From an uncultured Thermoprotei archaeon (GTDB lineage: Archaea > Thermoproteota > Thermoprotei > Thermofilales > B15-G2), in assembly GCA_965367815.1 (NCBI GenBank), contig CBDUKN010000001.1:32001-96000 (forward strand): a stretch of DNA of 64,000 nucleotides, read 5' to 3'. The notes beneath the pieces were generated by a model. It saw nothing but the letters and a program-made list of their open reading frames with translations. It was not told the origin of the DNA and did no database searches. Of this stretch, positions 47,516-55,746 are shown piece after piece. A program made the position numbers and the translations under genes. Each line of letters starts with the position of its first letter. The stretch's first letter is position 1.

Positions 47516-50512
47516 TTGACATGTTTATGTGAGGGGGTGCCTATTGATTTGCTATTTAGCCTAAAGTCCTATAATGCCGTCGAAGTAGAAAAAATAGTTA
47601 AAGAATTCTGGGAGAAGAACAAAATTGAGGAGAAATGGTTTAAGCCTCCTGAATCCGAAGAAAAAATTTTCAGAATGCTTGAAGGCCCACCAACGACTAA
47701 CGGCTTTATGCACGTTGGCCACATGAGGGGCAGAACTTACAAGGACATTGTTCTCAGATACATGAGGCTTAAAGGCTACTGGACATGGTCTCCAGGAGGC
47801 TGGGATGAGCACGGACTTCCAGTAGAGTGGGAAGTTGAGAAGAAGCTAGGTTTTAAAACAAAGAAGGATGTAGAGAAGTACGGCTACGAGAACTTTTCTA
47901 ATAAGTGTAATGAGCTAGTAGACTACTACCTCAAGTTCTGGGTAGAGGACTCGAAGAGGCTTGCTCTGTGGCTAGACTACGAGAGAGCATACGAGACCAG
48001 GAAGCCTTGGTACATAAACCACGTCTGGGCATTCCTCAAGTATGCTTATGAGAAAGGATGGCTAGTAGAAGACTACCGTGTAGTGCCTTTCTGTCCACGG
48101 TGTGAAACATCGCTTTCAGACGCAGAAGTAGCTCAAGGATACGCTACTGTAAAGGATCCATCGATATTCGTGAAGTTCCCTCTAGTAGATGAAGAGAACA
48201 CGTACATAGTGATATGGACTACTACGCCGTGGACTCTCATAGACAACGAAGCAGTAGCAGTTAACCCTGAGTTCAAGTATGCTAAAGTCAAGGTAGGCGA
48301 CGAGTACTGGATAGTTGCACGAGACCTAGTTACAGCACTAATGGGAGCTTTCGATATTCAAGAATATGAAATAGTTGAAGAGTTCTATGGAGAAAAGCTC
48401 AAAGGCTTAAAGTACAAGCATCCTCTCGAAGAAGAAGTTCCCGCACACAAGGAGCATGGGAAACCTAACCACACTATAGTGCTCGCAGACTTCGTTACAC
48501 TAGAGCAGGGTACGGGATGTGTTCACATGGCGCCAGCACACGGACCCGAAGACTTCGAAGTAGGCAAAAAGTACGGTTTACTGATATTCAATACTCTTAA
48601 GCCGGACGGACACTTCGACGAGAAAGCCGGCAAGTACAGTGGACTGTACTTCAAAGATGCATCCGAGAAAGTACTAGAGGATCTCGAAAAGAAGAGACTT
48701 CTAGTTCTTAGAGGCGAAATAGAGCACGAGTATCCGCTCTGCTGGAGATGCGATACTCCGCTAGTCTACCGAGCAGATAAGCAGTGGTTCCTTAAAGTAG
48801 AGCCTATTAAGAAGAAGCTTGTCGAAGAGAACTCTAAAGTCAAGTGGTATCCAGCATGGGCTCAGAAGAGGTTTCACGACTGGCTTGAAAACGCTATAGA
48901 CTGGTGTATATCAAGGTCAAGAGTCTGGGGCACACCTATACCAATATGGAGGTGTAAGTCCTGCAACCATATACTAGTAGTCGGTAGCATAGAGGAGCTA
49001 GAAAAGCTCTCTGGAACAAAAATAAGCAATCCACATAGACCGTGGATTGACAGAATTATCTTAAAGTGCCCTAAGTGCGGCGGAGAAATGAGAAGAGAGC
49101 CTTACGTACTAGACTGCTGGCTTGACTCCGGTTTAGCCTGGATAGCTAGCATAAACGGCTTAGTCAATAAAGAAGAGTTTGAGAGAAGATATCCCTATGA
49201 CTGGATAACAGAGGCAGTCGACCAGACTCGAGGATGGTTCTACACGCTTCTCTTCACAAGCGTTATGTGGAAAGGAGTATCTCCATACAAGTCTGTTCTG
49301 TGCCAAGGACACGTATTAGACAAATACAGGAGGAAAATGTCTAAGTCAAGAGGAAACGTAATATGGGCTAGAGACCTCTTCGAGAAATGGGGCGCAGACA
49401 TACCTAGATTTTATATAACATTTAAGGCTGCTCCATGGGACTCTGTAGCCTTCGACGTAGATGAGTTAAAAGAAGTCAGAAGAACATTTACTGTCCTCTG
49501 GAACTCAATTAAGTTCGCAGATACGTACATGGAGTTAGACAAGTTTAATCCAGAAAAACACAGCTTAGAGAAACTCGAGCACAGCCTTGCTATTGAAGAC
49601 AAGTGGCTACTTTCTAGAGTAAACTCGATAATAAAAGAGATGGAGGAAGAACTTAATAAAATGAATCTTCACTTAGCGGCCAGAAAGCTCTCCGACTTTA
49701 TAGTTGAAGACCTCAGCCACCGGTATATCAGGCTTGTTAGAAGAAGAGTATGGATTGAAGAAGAAGCGACAATAAAGTATGCTTGCTACGCAGTCTTATT
49801 CTACGTACTGAAGAGACTTCTCATAGTAGCCTCAATATTCATACCATACTTAACTGAGTATCTCTACCAGGCGTTTGTAAGAAAGTACGATAAAAACGTG
49901 GCTGAAAGTGTTCACTTAGAGAAATGGCCTAAAGTAGACGAGAAGTATGTCAACAAGGAGCTCGAGGAAACAATGGACTTAGTATTCAAGATATTCGCCG
50001 ACGTAGCCGAAGTAAGACAAAAAGTCGGAGTCAAGCTGAGGTGGCCTCTAAGAGAAGTAGCAGTAGCTGTTAAAGACAAAGCTGAAGTTCTCAGGAATTT
50101 CGAAGGAATACTGGCACAGCTTCTCAACGTAAAAAACATAGTGATTGCAAGCGAGCTTGAAGAGAAATACAGAAAAGAGCCGTTTACAGTAGTTACAGCA
50201 CCCTACGGCGAAGTAGCTGTAAACACTAAGATAGACGAAGACTTGCTAAAAGAAGCCTATGCGAGAGAGCTTGTGCGAAGAATACAGGCTATGAGAGCAG
50301 AACTAGATTTGAGAGTAGAAGAGTTTATCGAAGTATACTTAGAGACAAGCGACGACAAAATAGTAGCTGCCGTAAAAGAACACGAAGACTACATTAAAGG
50401 AGAGGTGAGAGCAGAGAAACTAGCTCTAGGCAAAGGCCCTGAAACAGCATACAACAAAGAATGGAATATAGAGGGATCTAAAGTAAAAATATACATTGTT
50501 AGAAAAAGTTAG
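47516..50512 (+). CDS. ileS: Isoleucine--tRNA ligase
   Basis: GPP..NG.MHVGH, GWDEHGLPVE, WTTTPWTL, DWCISR, DQTRGWF, KMSKS; exact start uncertain. Confidence 0.97.
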   Translation: MTCLCEGVPIDLLFSLKSYNAVEVEKIVKEFWEKNKIEEKWFKPPESEEKIFRMLEGPPTTNGFMHVGHMRGRTYKDIVLRYMRLKGYWTWSPGGWDEHGLPVEWEVEKKLGFKTKKDVEKYGYENFSNKCNELVDYYLKFWVEDSKRLALWLDYERAYETRKPWYINHVWAFLKYAYEKGWLVEDYRVVPFCPRCETSLSDAEVAQGYATVKDPSIFVKFPLVDEENTYIVIWTTTPWTLIDNEAVAVNPEFKYAKVKVGDEYWIVARDLVTALMGAFDIQEYEIVEEFYGEKLKGLKYKHPLEEEVPAHKEHGKPNHTIVLADFVTLEQGTGCVHMAPAHGPEDFEVGKKYGLLIFNTLKPDGHFDEKAGKYSGLYFKDASEKVLEDLEKKRLLVLRGEIEHEYPLCWRCDTPLVYRADKQWFLKVEPIKKKLVEENSKVKWYPAWAQKRFHDWLENAIDWCISRSRVWGTPIPIWRCKSCNHILVVGSIEELEKLSGTKISNPHRPWIDRIILKCPKCGGEMRREPYVLDCWLDSGLAWIASINGLVNKEEFERRYPYDWITEAVDQTRGWFYTLLFTSVMWKGVSPYKSVLCQGHVLDKYRRKMSKSRGNVIWARDLFEKWGADIPRFYITFKAAPWDSVAFDVDELKEVRRTFTVLWNSIKFADTYMELDKFNPEKHSLEKLEHSLAIEDKWLLSRVNSIIKEMEEELNKMNLHLAARKLSDFIVEDLSHRYIRLVRRRVWIEEEATIKYACYAVLFYVLKRLLIVASIFIPYLTEYLYQAFVRKYDKNVAESVHLEKWPKVDEKYVNKELEETMDLVFKIFADVAEVRQKVGVKLRWPLREVAVAVKDKAEVLRNFEGILAQLLNVKNIVIASELEEKYRKEPFTVVTAPYGEVAVNTKIDEDLLKEAYARELVRRIQAMRAELDLRVEEFIEVYLETSDDKIVAAVKEHEDYIKGEVRAEKLALGKGPETAYNKEWNIEGSKVKIYIVRKS

Positions 50513-51309
50513 CAGAAACCAACTGTTCTAAATACTTTTATTAAATCTTCTCCTCTAACAACAATAGTTCTCGAATCTATTCTTTCTACACCAGGCTTAC
50601 TCTCCATTGAGTCAGCGTATTTGCTCAAGGTATACTCTATTTTGAGCTCAATAGGAGGCTCTACTTTAAATGGCTTAAATTCCCTCCTTAAAGTTCTCTC
50701 AACAGCTCTCCGAGAAGCTTCTCTAATAAGCTTCCTCGCCTTCTTCGGTGCAATAGTCATAGCGAACGACCTCCCAAAACCCCACTTAACCACAACTATC
50801 TCTATGTCCCCTAGAAGACTTCGGGCTTCTTCACATGCTTTGGCACATCCAGTTACAAGGCCTACAGGAACACCGTAGTAGCCGGCGATGGCAGCTTCTA
50901 TGCCTATCTCGCCTATAGGCTTTTTATTCAAGTATACATTTTGAATAGATTGACTAGACATAGTGTGGTCAAGAACTCCTCGAAGGGTTCCGGCTCGAGA
51001 ATGATAGCCTAGAAGAAATACTACATCTACAGAAGAGTCTAGTCCGGCGAGAGCAAATGGTCTAGGAGCGCCATGGACAAGCTTCGCTTCCTCATGTAGT
51101 TCCTCTAAAACAATATTGAAGCCGCCATCGTGTCCATCATTAACTATTACTTCTGTAGCTCCTCCCTCAAGAGCGCCTTCAACAGCTGCATTGACTTCTC
51201 GAGTCAAAAGCAGCCTTGCTTCATCGTAGTAGCGTCTTCCGGGAAAAACTTGTTCTTCAGAAACAACTCCAGTTACTCCCTCTAAATCAGTGACAATGTA
51301 TACTTTCAT
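50509..51309 (-). CDS. dppA: D-aminopeptidase, peptidase M55
   Basis: DLEG, NDGH, GYHS.AG, HT, GE. Confidence 0.9.
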   Translation of the reverse strand: MKVYIVTDLEGVTGVVSEEQVFPGRRYYDEARLLLTREVNAAVEGALEGGATEVIVNDGHDGGFNIVLEELHEEAKLVHGAPRPFALAGLDSSVDVVFLLGYHSRAGTLRGVLDHTMSSQSIQNVYLNKKPIGEIGIEAAIAGYYGVPVGLVTGCAKACEEARSLLGDIEIVVVKWGFGRSFAMTIAPKKARKLIREASRRAVERTLRREFKPFKVEPPIELKIEYTLSKYADSMESKPGVERIDSRTIVVRGEDLIKVFRTVGFC

Positions 51310-51375
51310 ATGTACCAGAACATAATTCTACTTGAAACTATTTAAGCCTAAACTAGATAGCATAGTAAATAGCTG

Positions 51376-52659
51376 TTAAAGACGTATTTTAGGCATTTTT
51401 AGAACATCTTTGAGCAGGCTTGGCGGATAGTCTCCTAGACCTATTATCTTTACTTTAGAGATGGGCCACACAATATCGGCTTCAAGACAGATTTCGTAGT
51501 CGATTTTTATTGAAGGCTCCTCAGATGCTGCTTGAGCTTCAACACTTACTTCTTGACCTGGTTCAAGCACTTTATCTACCTTTACTTCATTTCCGTCAAC
51601 AGTAAGTTTTTCTACTTTAATGAAATTATCGTGAATATTCTTTAAGGTTACTGAGACTTTCACTTTATCGTCTACTTTGCCTTTAGGCTCTACCTTTACT
51701 CTAATATGTTGCTTAAAGTCAAATTTCCAGCCCTCAATCTTTATTGAAGCCCTAGGATAGCCTGGCTGAATTCTGTTTCCCTTATATACTGCCTCTACTT
51801 GAACTCTGTAGTCAACATCGTATACTGCAATATAGTTACCCGAGTACTCGCGTAGAATACCTTGATAGAGCTTTTTCTCGCCGTCGATATCAGTTACTTC
51901 AATTGTAAGGAGATGGCCTATACTGTTTTCAAGCAAGGGGTTATAGCTTACGGAGCCTATTGTAGACTTAGTTATGTCTTCTAGAGACCTCTTTATTTCT
52001 GGAGAAAAGTAAGCGACCATAGATATTCCTCCGGCTAGTGTTGCTGTTAGCTTGTCTTTAACGAAGATGAGGGAGTTGTAAATTCTGCGTCCAAGTCTTT
52101 TTATTAGTGGTGGATGATAAATAGACCTTAGTTCTTTCCACTTCTCTTTAAGTTCTTCTTCAGATAGTAAGTCTTTAAATATTATGATAGCGTTTAAGTT
52201 CTTAATATCAGATGGAAATATTTTCTTAGAGATCAGTGAAGGAGGAGCCCAAGGATTCCACTTAACTTGGTCTAAAGTAAAGTTTTCTGGAATAAGTTTC
52301 ATTTTCTTAAACTCTTTGAGAAGCTCTTCTGCTTCCTCAAGAAACTTCTTATCTTTAGTTTCTCTATAGTTTTCTACTAGAAAAGCTAAAAGCGATACTG
52401 GATTCTCTATTTTTTCGCTAGGAAAGTATATTTCAAAGCCGCCTCCACTTCTAGGAGGAGTGACTATTTTACCATAATACGCTTCGTTTCCCAAGAAAAC
52501 AAAGGCTCTTTTACCTACAACCACTTTCAGCACTCTATCTCTCGTAAGAACGTCTGCTATAGCGTAAATTATTGAAAGCACTAAACCTATTGCAAGTAAG
52601 TATAAGATGAGCTGAGTATAGTATTCTATTAAGCCGAGTGTTGCGTTTACGTCTACCAT
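51376..52659 (-). CDS. Hypothetical membrane-anchored protein
   Basis: Long ORF, N-terminal TM, YNPLLE..IG, G.LREYS..YI; Ig-like C-terminal part. Confidence 0.7.
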   Translation of the reverse strand: MVDVNATLGLIEYYTQLILYLLAIGLVLSIIYAIADVLTRDRVLKVVVGKRAFVFLGNEAYYGKIVTPPRSGGGFEIYFPSEKIENPVSLLAFLVENYRETKDKKFLEEAEELLKEFKKMKLIPENFTLDQVKWNPWAPPSLISKKIFPSDIKNLNAIIIFKDLLSEEELKEKWKELRSIYHPPLIKRLGRRIYNSLIFVKDKLTATLAGGISMVAYFSPEIKRSLEDITKSTIGSVSYNPLLENSIGHLLTIEVTDIDGEKKLYQGILREYSGNYIAVYDVDYRVQVEAVYKGNRIQPGYPRASIKIEGWKFDFKQHIRVKVEPKGKVDDKVKVSVTLKNIHDNFIKVEKLTVDGNEVKVDKVLEPGQEVSVEAQAASEEPSIKIDYEICLEADIVWPISKVKIIGLGDYPPSLLKDVLKMPKIRL

Positions 52660-52741
52660 CGTAGAGTTTTGGTGGAAATATTTAAATCCGTTTTTATTTG
52701 GTTCACGTAAAGTAAAATAGCCCTAAAGAAACTATATTCAT

Positions 52742-53134
52742 GTGAATTTGATAGTAAAATACAAAGTTTGGTTTGAATCAGAGAAAGGAGACTTTGTTCT
52801 GGGACCAGGAGGCATAGAATTGCTTAAAGCAATACATGAAACAGGAAGTATTAGAAAAGCCTGCGAGAAATGCGGGTGGTCCTATAAGCGCGCATTAAAC
52901 TACCTTAATTCACTAGAAGAAACTCTAGGAACTAAGATTACTGTAAGGAAAAGAGGAGGAAGGAGAGGTGGAGGAACGGTTCTAACAGATGAAGCTCTCA
53001 GACTAGTCAATGTATATAGTGAAGTATGTAGGAAAATAGAAGAAGGGATACATGAAGTAAAGTTTAAGAACATCAGAGGCTCAGGTTCTCATCACAGTGG
53101 GGAGTCAGAACCCCACCGTTTCACTCACCTGTAG
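52742..53134 (+). CDS. ModE-family winged-helix regulator (DNA-binding domain only)
   Basis: LG.G..ELL.AI.ETGSI.KA....SYKRA, RGG..GG.T.LT. Confidence 0.85.
   Translation: MNLIVKYKVWFESEKGDFVLGPGGIELLKAIHETGSIRKACEKCGWSYKRALNYLNSLEETLGTKITVRKRGGRRGGGTVLTDEALRLVNVYSEVCRKIEEGIHEVKFKNIRGSGSHHSGESEPHRFTHL
53073..53128 (-). ncRNA. C/D box guide sRNA (antisense to modE 3' end, 3' of acdA)
   Basis: Minus: GUGAGUGA (C-like) AACGGUGGGGUU CUGA (D') CUCCCCACU GUGAUGA (C') GAACCUGAGCCU CUGA (D). Confidence 0.75.
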
Positions 53135-53136
53135 TA

Positions 53137-54540
53137 CTATTCCTGCTTTGAGCTAGATATTTGTTGCTGTATAGCGCCGTAGTCCACTAGTGCTTTTACC
53201 GCTACGGCTGCGTCTTCTGGCGTCTTATATATCGGTATACCAGCCTCTACTTCGATTTCACTTGAGTGCTTTTCAGTGTAACTTCCTCCTGGAGCGACCA
53301 TTACTATAGGCTTGTCTGTCTCAGAGACTATTCGCTTTAAGTAGTCTTTAAGAGTCTTCGGGTTCAGTGCTGGAGACTGCATTAAGGTAATTACTACTAC
53401 TACGTCTACGTTAGGGTCTTTTAGCACTAAGTTTACGGCATCGCGATATCTCTCGGCAGGAGCATCTCCAAGAATATCTACAGGGTTTGCTGTTGAAGCT
53501 GATGAAGGAAGAACTTTTTCAAGCTCGGCTACTGTGCTCGGAGACAGCGAGGGTATTTCTAGGCCTTTTGATTCTAGCTCGTCTGCCATTAAGACTCCTG
53601 CTCCGCCGCCATTAGTTACTATGCCTACTCTCGGCCCCTTAGCTGGAGGCTGGAGAGCTAGCGCCTTTGAGGCGTTTAGAAGGCTTTTTAGGTCTTCTAC
53701 TACTATTGCTCCATGTTGCTTGAGGGCGCCCTCATATACTTTATAGGAGCCGGCCATACTTCCTGTATGTGATGCTACTGCTGCTGCTCCTCGAGTGGTT
53801 TTTCCTGCTTTCAGCACTACTACTGGCTTCTTAGCTGAAGCCTTTTTAATCGCTTTTAGAAACTCTCTTCCTCTTCTGACTCCCTCGATGTAGCAGGCTA
53901 TTACTTTAGTTTCAGGGTCTTCTGCAAGGAACTCTATTAGCTCTGTTTCATCTACATCGGCTGCGTTGCCATAGCTGATGAAGTGGCTCATTCCTATGTT
54001 TGTGGCAGCAATCCAGTCAAGTAGTGCTGCGCCTAAGGCACCGCTCTGGCTTACGAAAGCGATAGGCCCTGGCTCGGGTTTAGCCTGTCTGTCACTAGGA
54101 TTGAATATTGTGTCGAGGCCACTGTGAGCAGAATACACGCCGAGGCAGTTAGGGCCTATGATTTTTACTTCGTGTTCTCGAGCTAAAGAAACTAATTTTT
54201 CTTCAAGCTCAGCCCCCTCTTTTCCTGATTCTCTGAAGCCTGCGCTTATCACTATGGCTCCTTTTACTTCCTTCTCTCCACAGTCCTTTATTACGCTTAG
54301 AACAGCTTCTGCCGGAACAGCTATTACTGCTAAATCTACTTGGCCCGGAATATCTTTCACAGATTTATAGCACTTTAAGTTGAAGACTTTATCGTACTTT
54401 ATGTTAACTGGGTAGATAGAGCCTTTGAATGAGGAAAGAAGGTTTTCCATTATAGCTCTACCAATACTACCCTTTTTCTCAGAGGCTCCCACTACAGCTA
54501 CACTTCTAGCTCTGAAAATTTTCTCGAGACTACTGACCAT
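53137..54540 (-). CDS. acdA: Acetate/acyl-CoA ligase (ADP-forming) alpha subunit
   Basis: VAVVGAS, IGPNCLG, SQSGA, ASHTG, TNGGGAG, NPVD. Confidence 0.92.
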   Translation of the reverse strand: MVSSLEKIFRARSVAVVGASEKKGSIGRAIMENLLSSFKGSIYPVNIKYDKVFNLKCYKSVKDIPGQVDLAVIAVPAEAVLSVIKDCGEKEVKGAIVISAGFRESGKEGAELEEKLVSLAREHEVKIIGPNCLGVYSAHSGLDTIFNPSDRQAKPEPGPIAFVSQSGALGAALLDWIAATNIGMSHFISYGNAADVDETELIEFLAEDPETKVIACYIEGVRRGREFLKAIKKASAKKPVVVLKAGKTTRGAAAVASHTGSMAGSYKVYEGALKQHGAIVVEDLKSLLNASKALALQPPAKGPRVGIVTNGGGAGVLMADELESKGLEIPSLSPSTVAELEKVLPSSASTANPVDILGDAPAERYRDAVNLVLKDPNVDVVVVITLMQSPALNPKTLKDYLKRIVSETDKPIVMVAPGGSYTEKHSSEIEVEAGIPIYKTPEDAAVAVKALVDYGAIQQQISSSKQE

Positions 54541-54665
54541 AATTGGGTATCAGTGGTTCCTCTTATTAATTTAGTTATGCGACTTAAATAATTAGATCTA
54601 AAGCCTTGGTAAATATCTAGTAGAATAAAGAAAGTATTTGAATTAAAGAAGTCAAAAACTGTTAC

Positions 54666-55691
54666 TTAGCTTCCCGAAGATGGAGAGGACTTAGTGGATT
54701 GCTGTGGAGGCGTAATTAGTACTGGGACTCCCTGACCCTGAGGAACTACTATTATGAGGCCTCCTTTTTCAGCTACTTTCTCGAGTGCTGCTATGTACTG
54801 CTGTATTAGCGCATATTCAGTTGAATTATACGCTGAGATAATGAGTATTATGGCTTTCTTCTGGGCTTCTGCTCTAATGAGTGTAGCGTTGGCTTCAGCT
54901 AGAGCAGCTATTATCCTTGCCTCTGCTTCAGCTTTAGCGGCTATAATCTTAGCTAATGCTGTGGCATTAGCTTCAATTAGTAGCTTCTTTTTACGGTATT
55001 CTGCTGCTAGTGCTTCCTGCTGTGCTGCTAGCTTTTCTTCGATAGCTTTCTTCACGTCAGACGGTATATCAATGTTCCTTACAGCTACATCTATTATCTT
55101 GATACAGCCTTTGAGTGTAGGATCGCTTATGAGTCTACTTTCAGTCGCATTAATTATCTCTAGCCTAACTTTTTCCCTCTTCTCGATGATTTCTGTTAAA
55201 GTATATTTCGCGATGATGTTTCTCACATCTTCTCGTATAATAGGAACTATAGCGTTTTCTTCGAACATTAAGTCAGGGTACCTTTTAACAAGCTCTTTGA
55301 TAGCTGTATCGCTTTGGACTACTTGATACCTGACGGTAATATCTACCTGTACTTCAGCGCCGTCTTTAGTGAGCGCCATTACCGCAGGATAATCTCGTGG
55401 AGGATTCTTGAACATGTCGACTGCTTCTACTTTGAGCCAGACTACTTTCTTGAACTGCCAAGGCATTTTAATGAAGTAGGCTGGGCCGTAGACTACTGAA
55501 ATTATTTCATGTGAAAGTGGGTCGTAGATTACGGCGGCGTAGCCTAAATCAACATAATCTATTGTAGCTGCGAGCAAAATTATGAGCACAATGCCCAGTA
55601 TGAGTCCTACTACAAGTAGTTTAGTGTACTTAATGCTTTTCTTCATTTTTCTTCGGGAAGGAAAACCTACATCGACGGGAACCTCGGTCAT
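54666..55691 (-). CDS. SPFH/prohibitin (band 7) family membrane protein
   Basis: N-terminal TM, TKDG, AIEEK..AQQE, AEAEA coiled coil. Confidence 0.88.
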   Translation of the reverse strand: MTEVPVDVGFPSRRKMKKSIKYTKLLVVGLILGIVLIILLAATIDYVDLGYAAVIYDPLSHEIISVVYGPAYFIKMPWQFKKVVWLKVEAVDMFKNPPRDYPAVMALTKDGAEVQVDITVRYQVVQSDTAIKELVKRYPDLMFEENAIVPIIREDVRNIIAKYTLTEIIEKREKVRLEIINATESRLISDPTLKGCIKIIDVAVRNIDIPSDVKKAIEEKLAAQQEALAAEYRKKKLLIEANATALAKIIAAKAEAEARIIAALAEANATLIRAEAQKKAIILIISAYNSTEYALIQQYIAALEKVAEKGGLIIVVPQGQGVPVLITPPQQSTKSSPSSGS

Positions 55692-55746
55692 CGTGAAGAT
55701 AGTAGGAAAAACATCTCATAAATTTTTCAGTCATCAGGTTTTGAGG

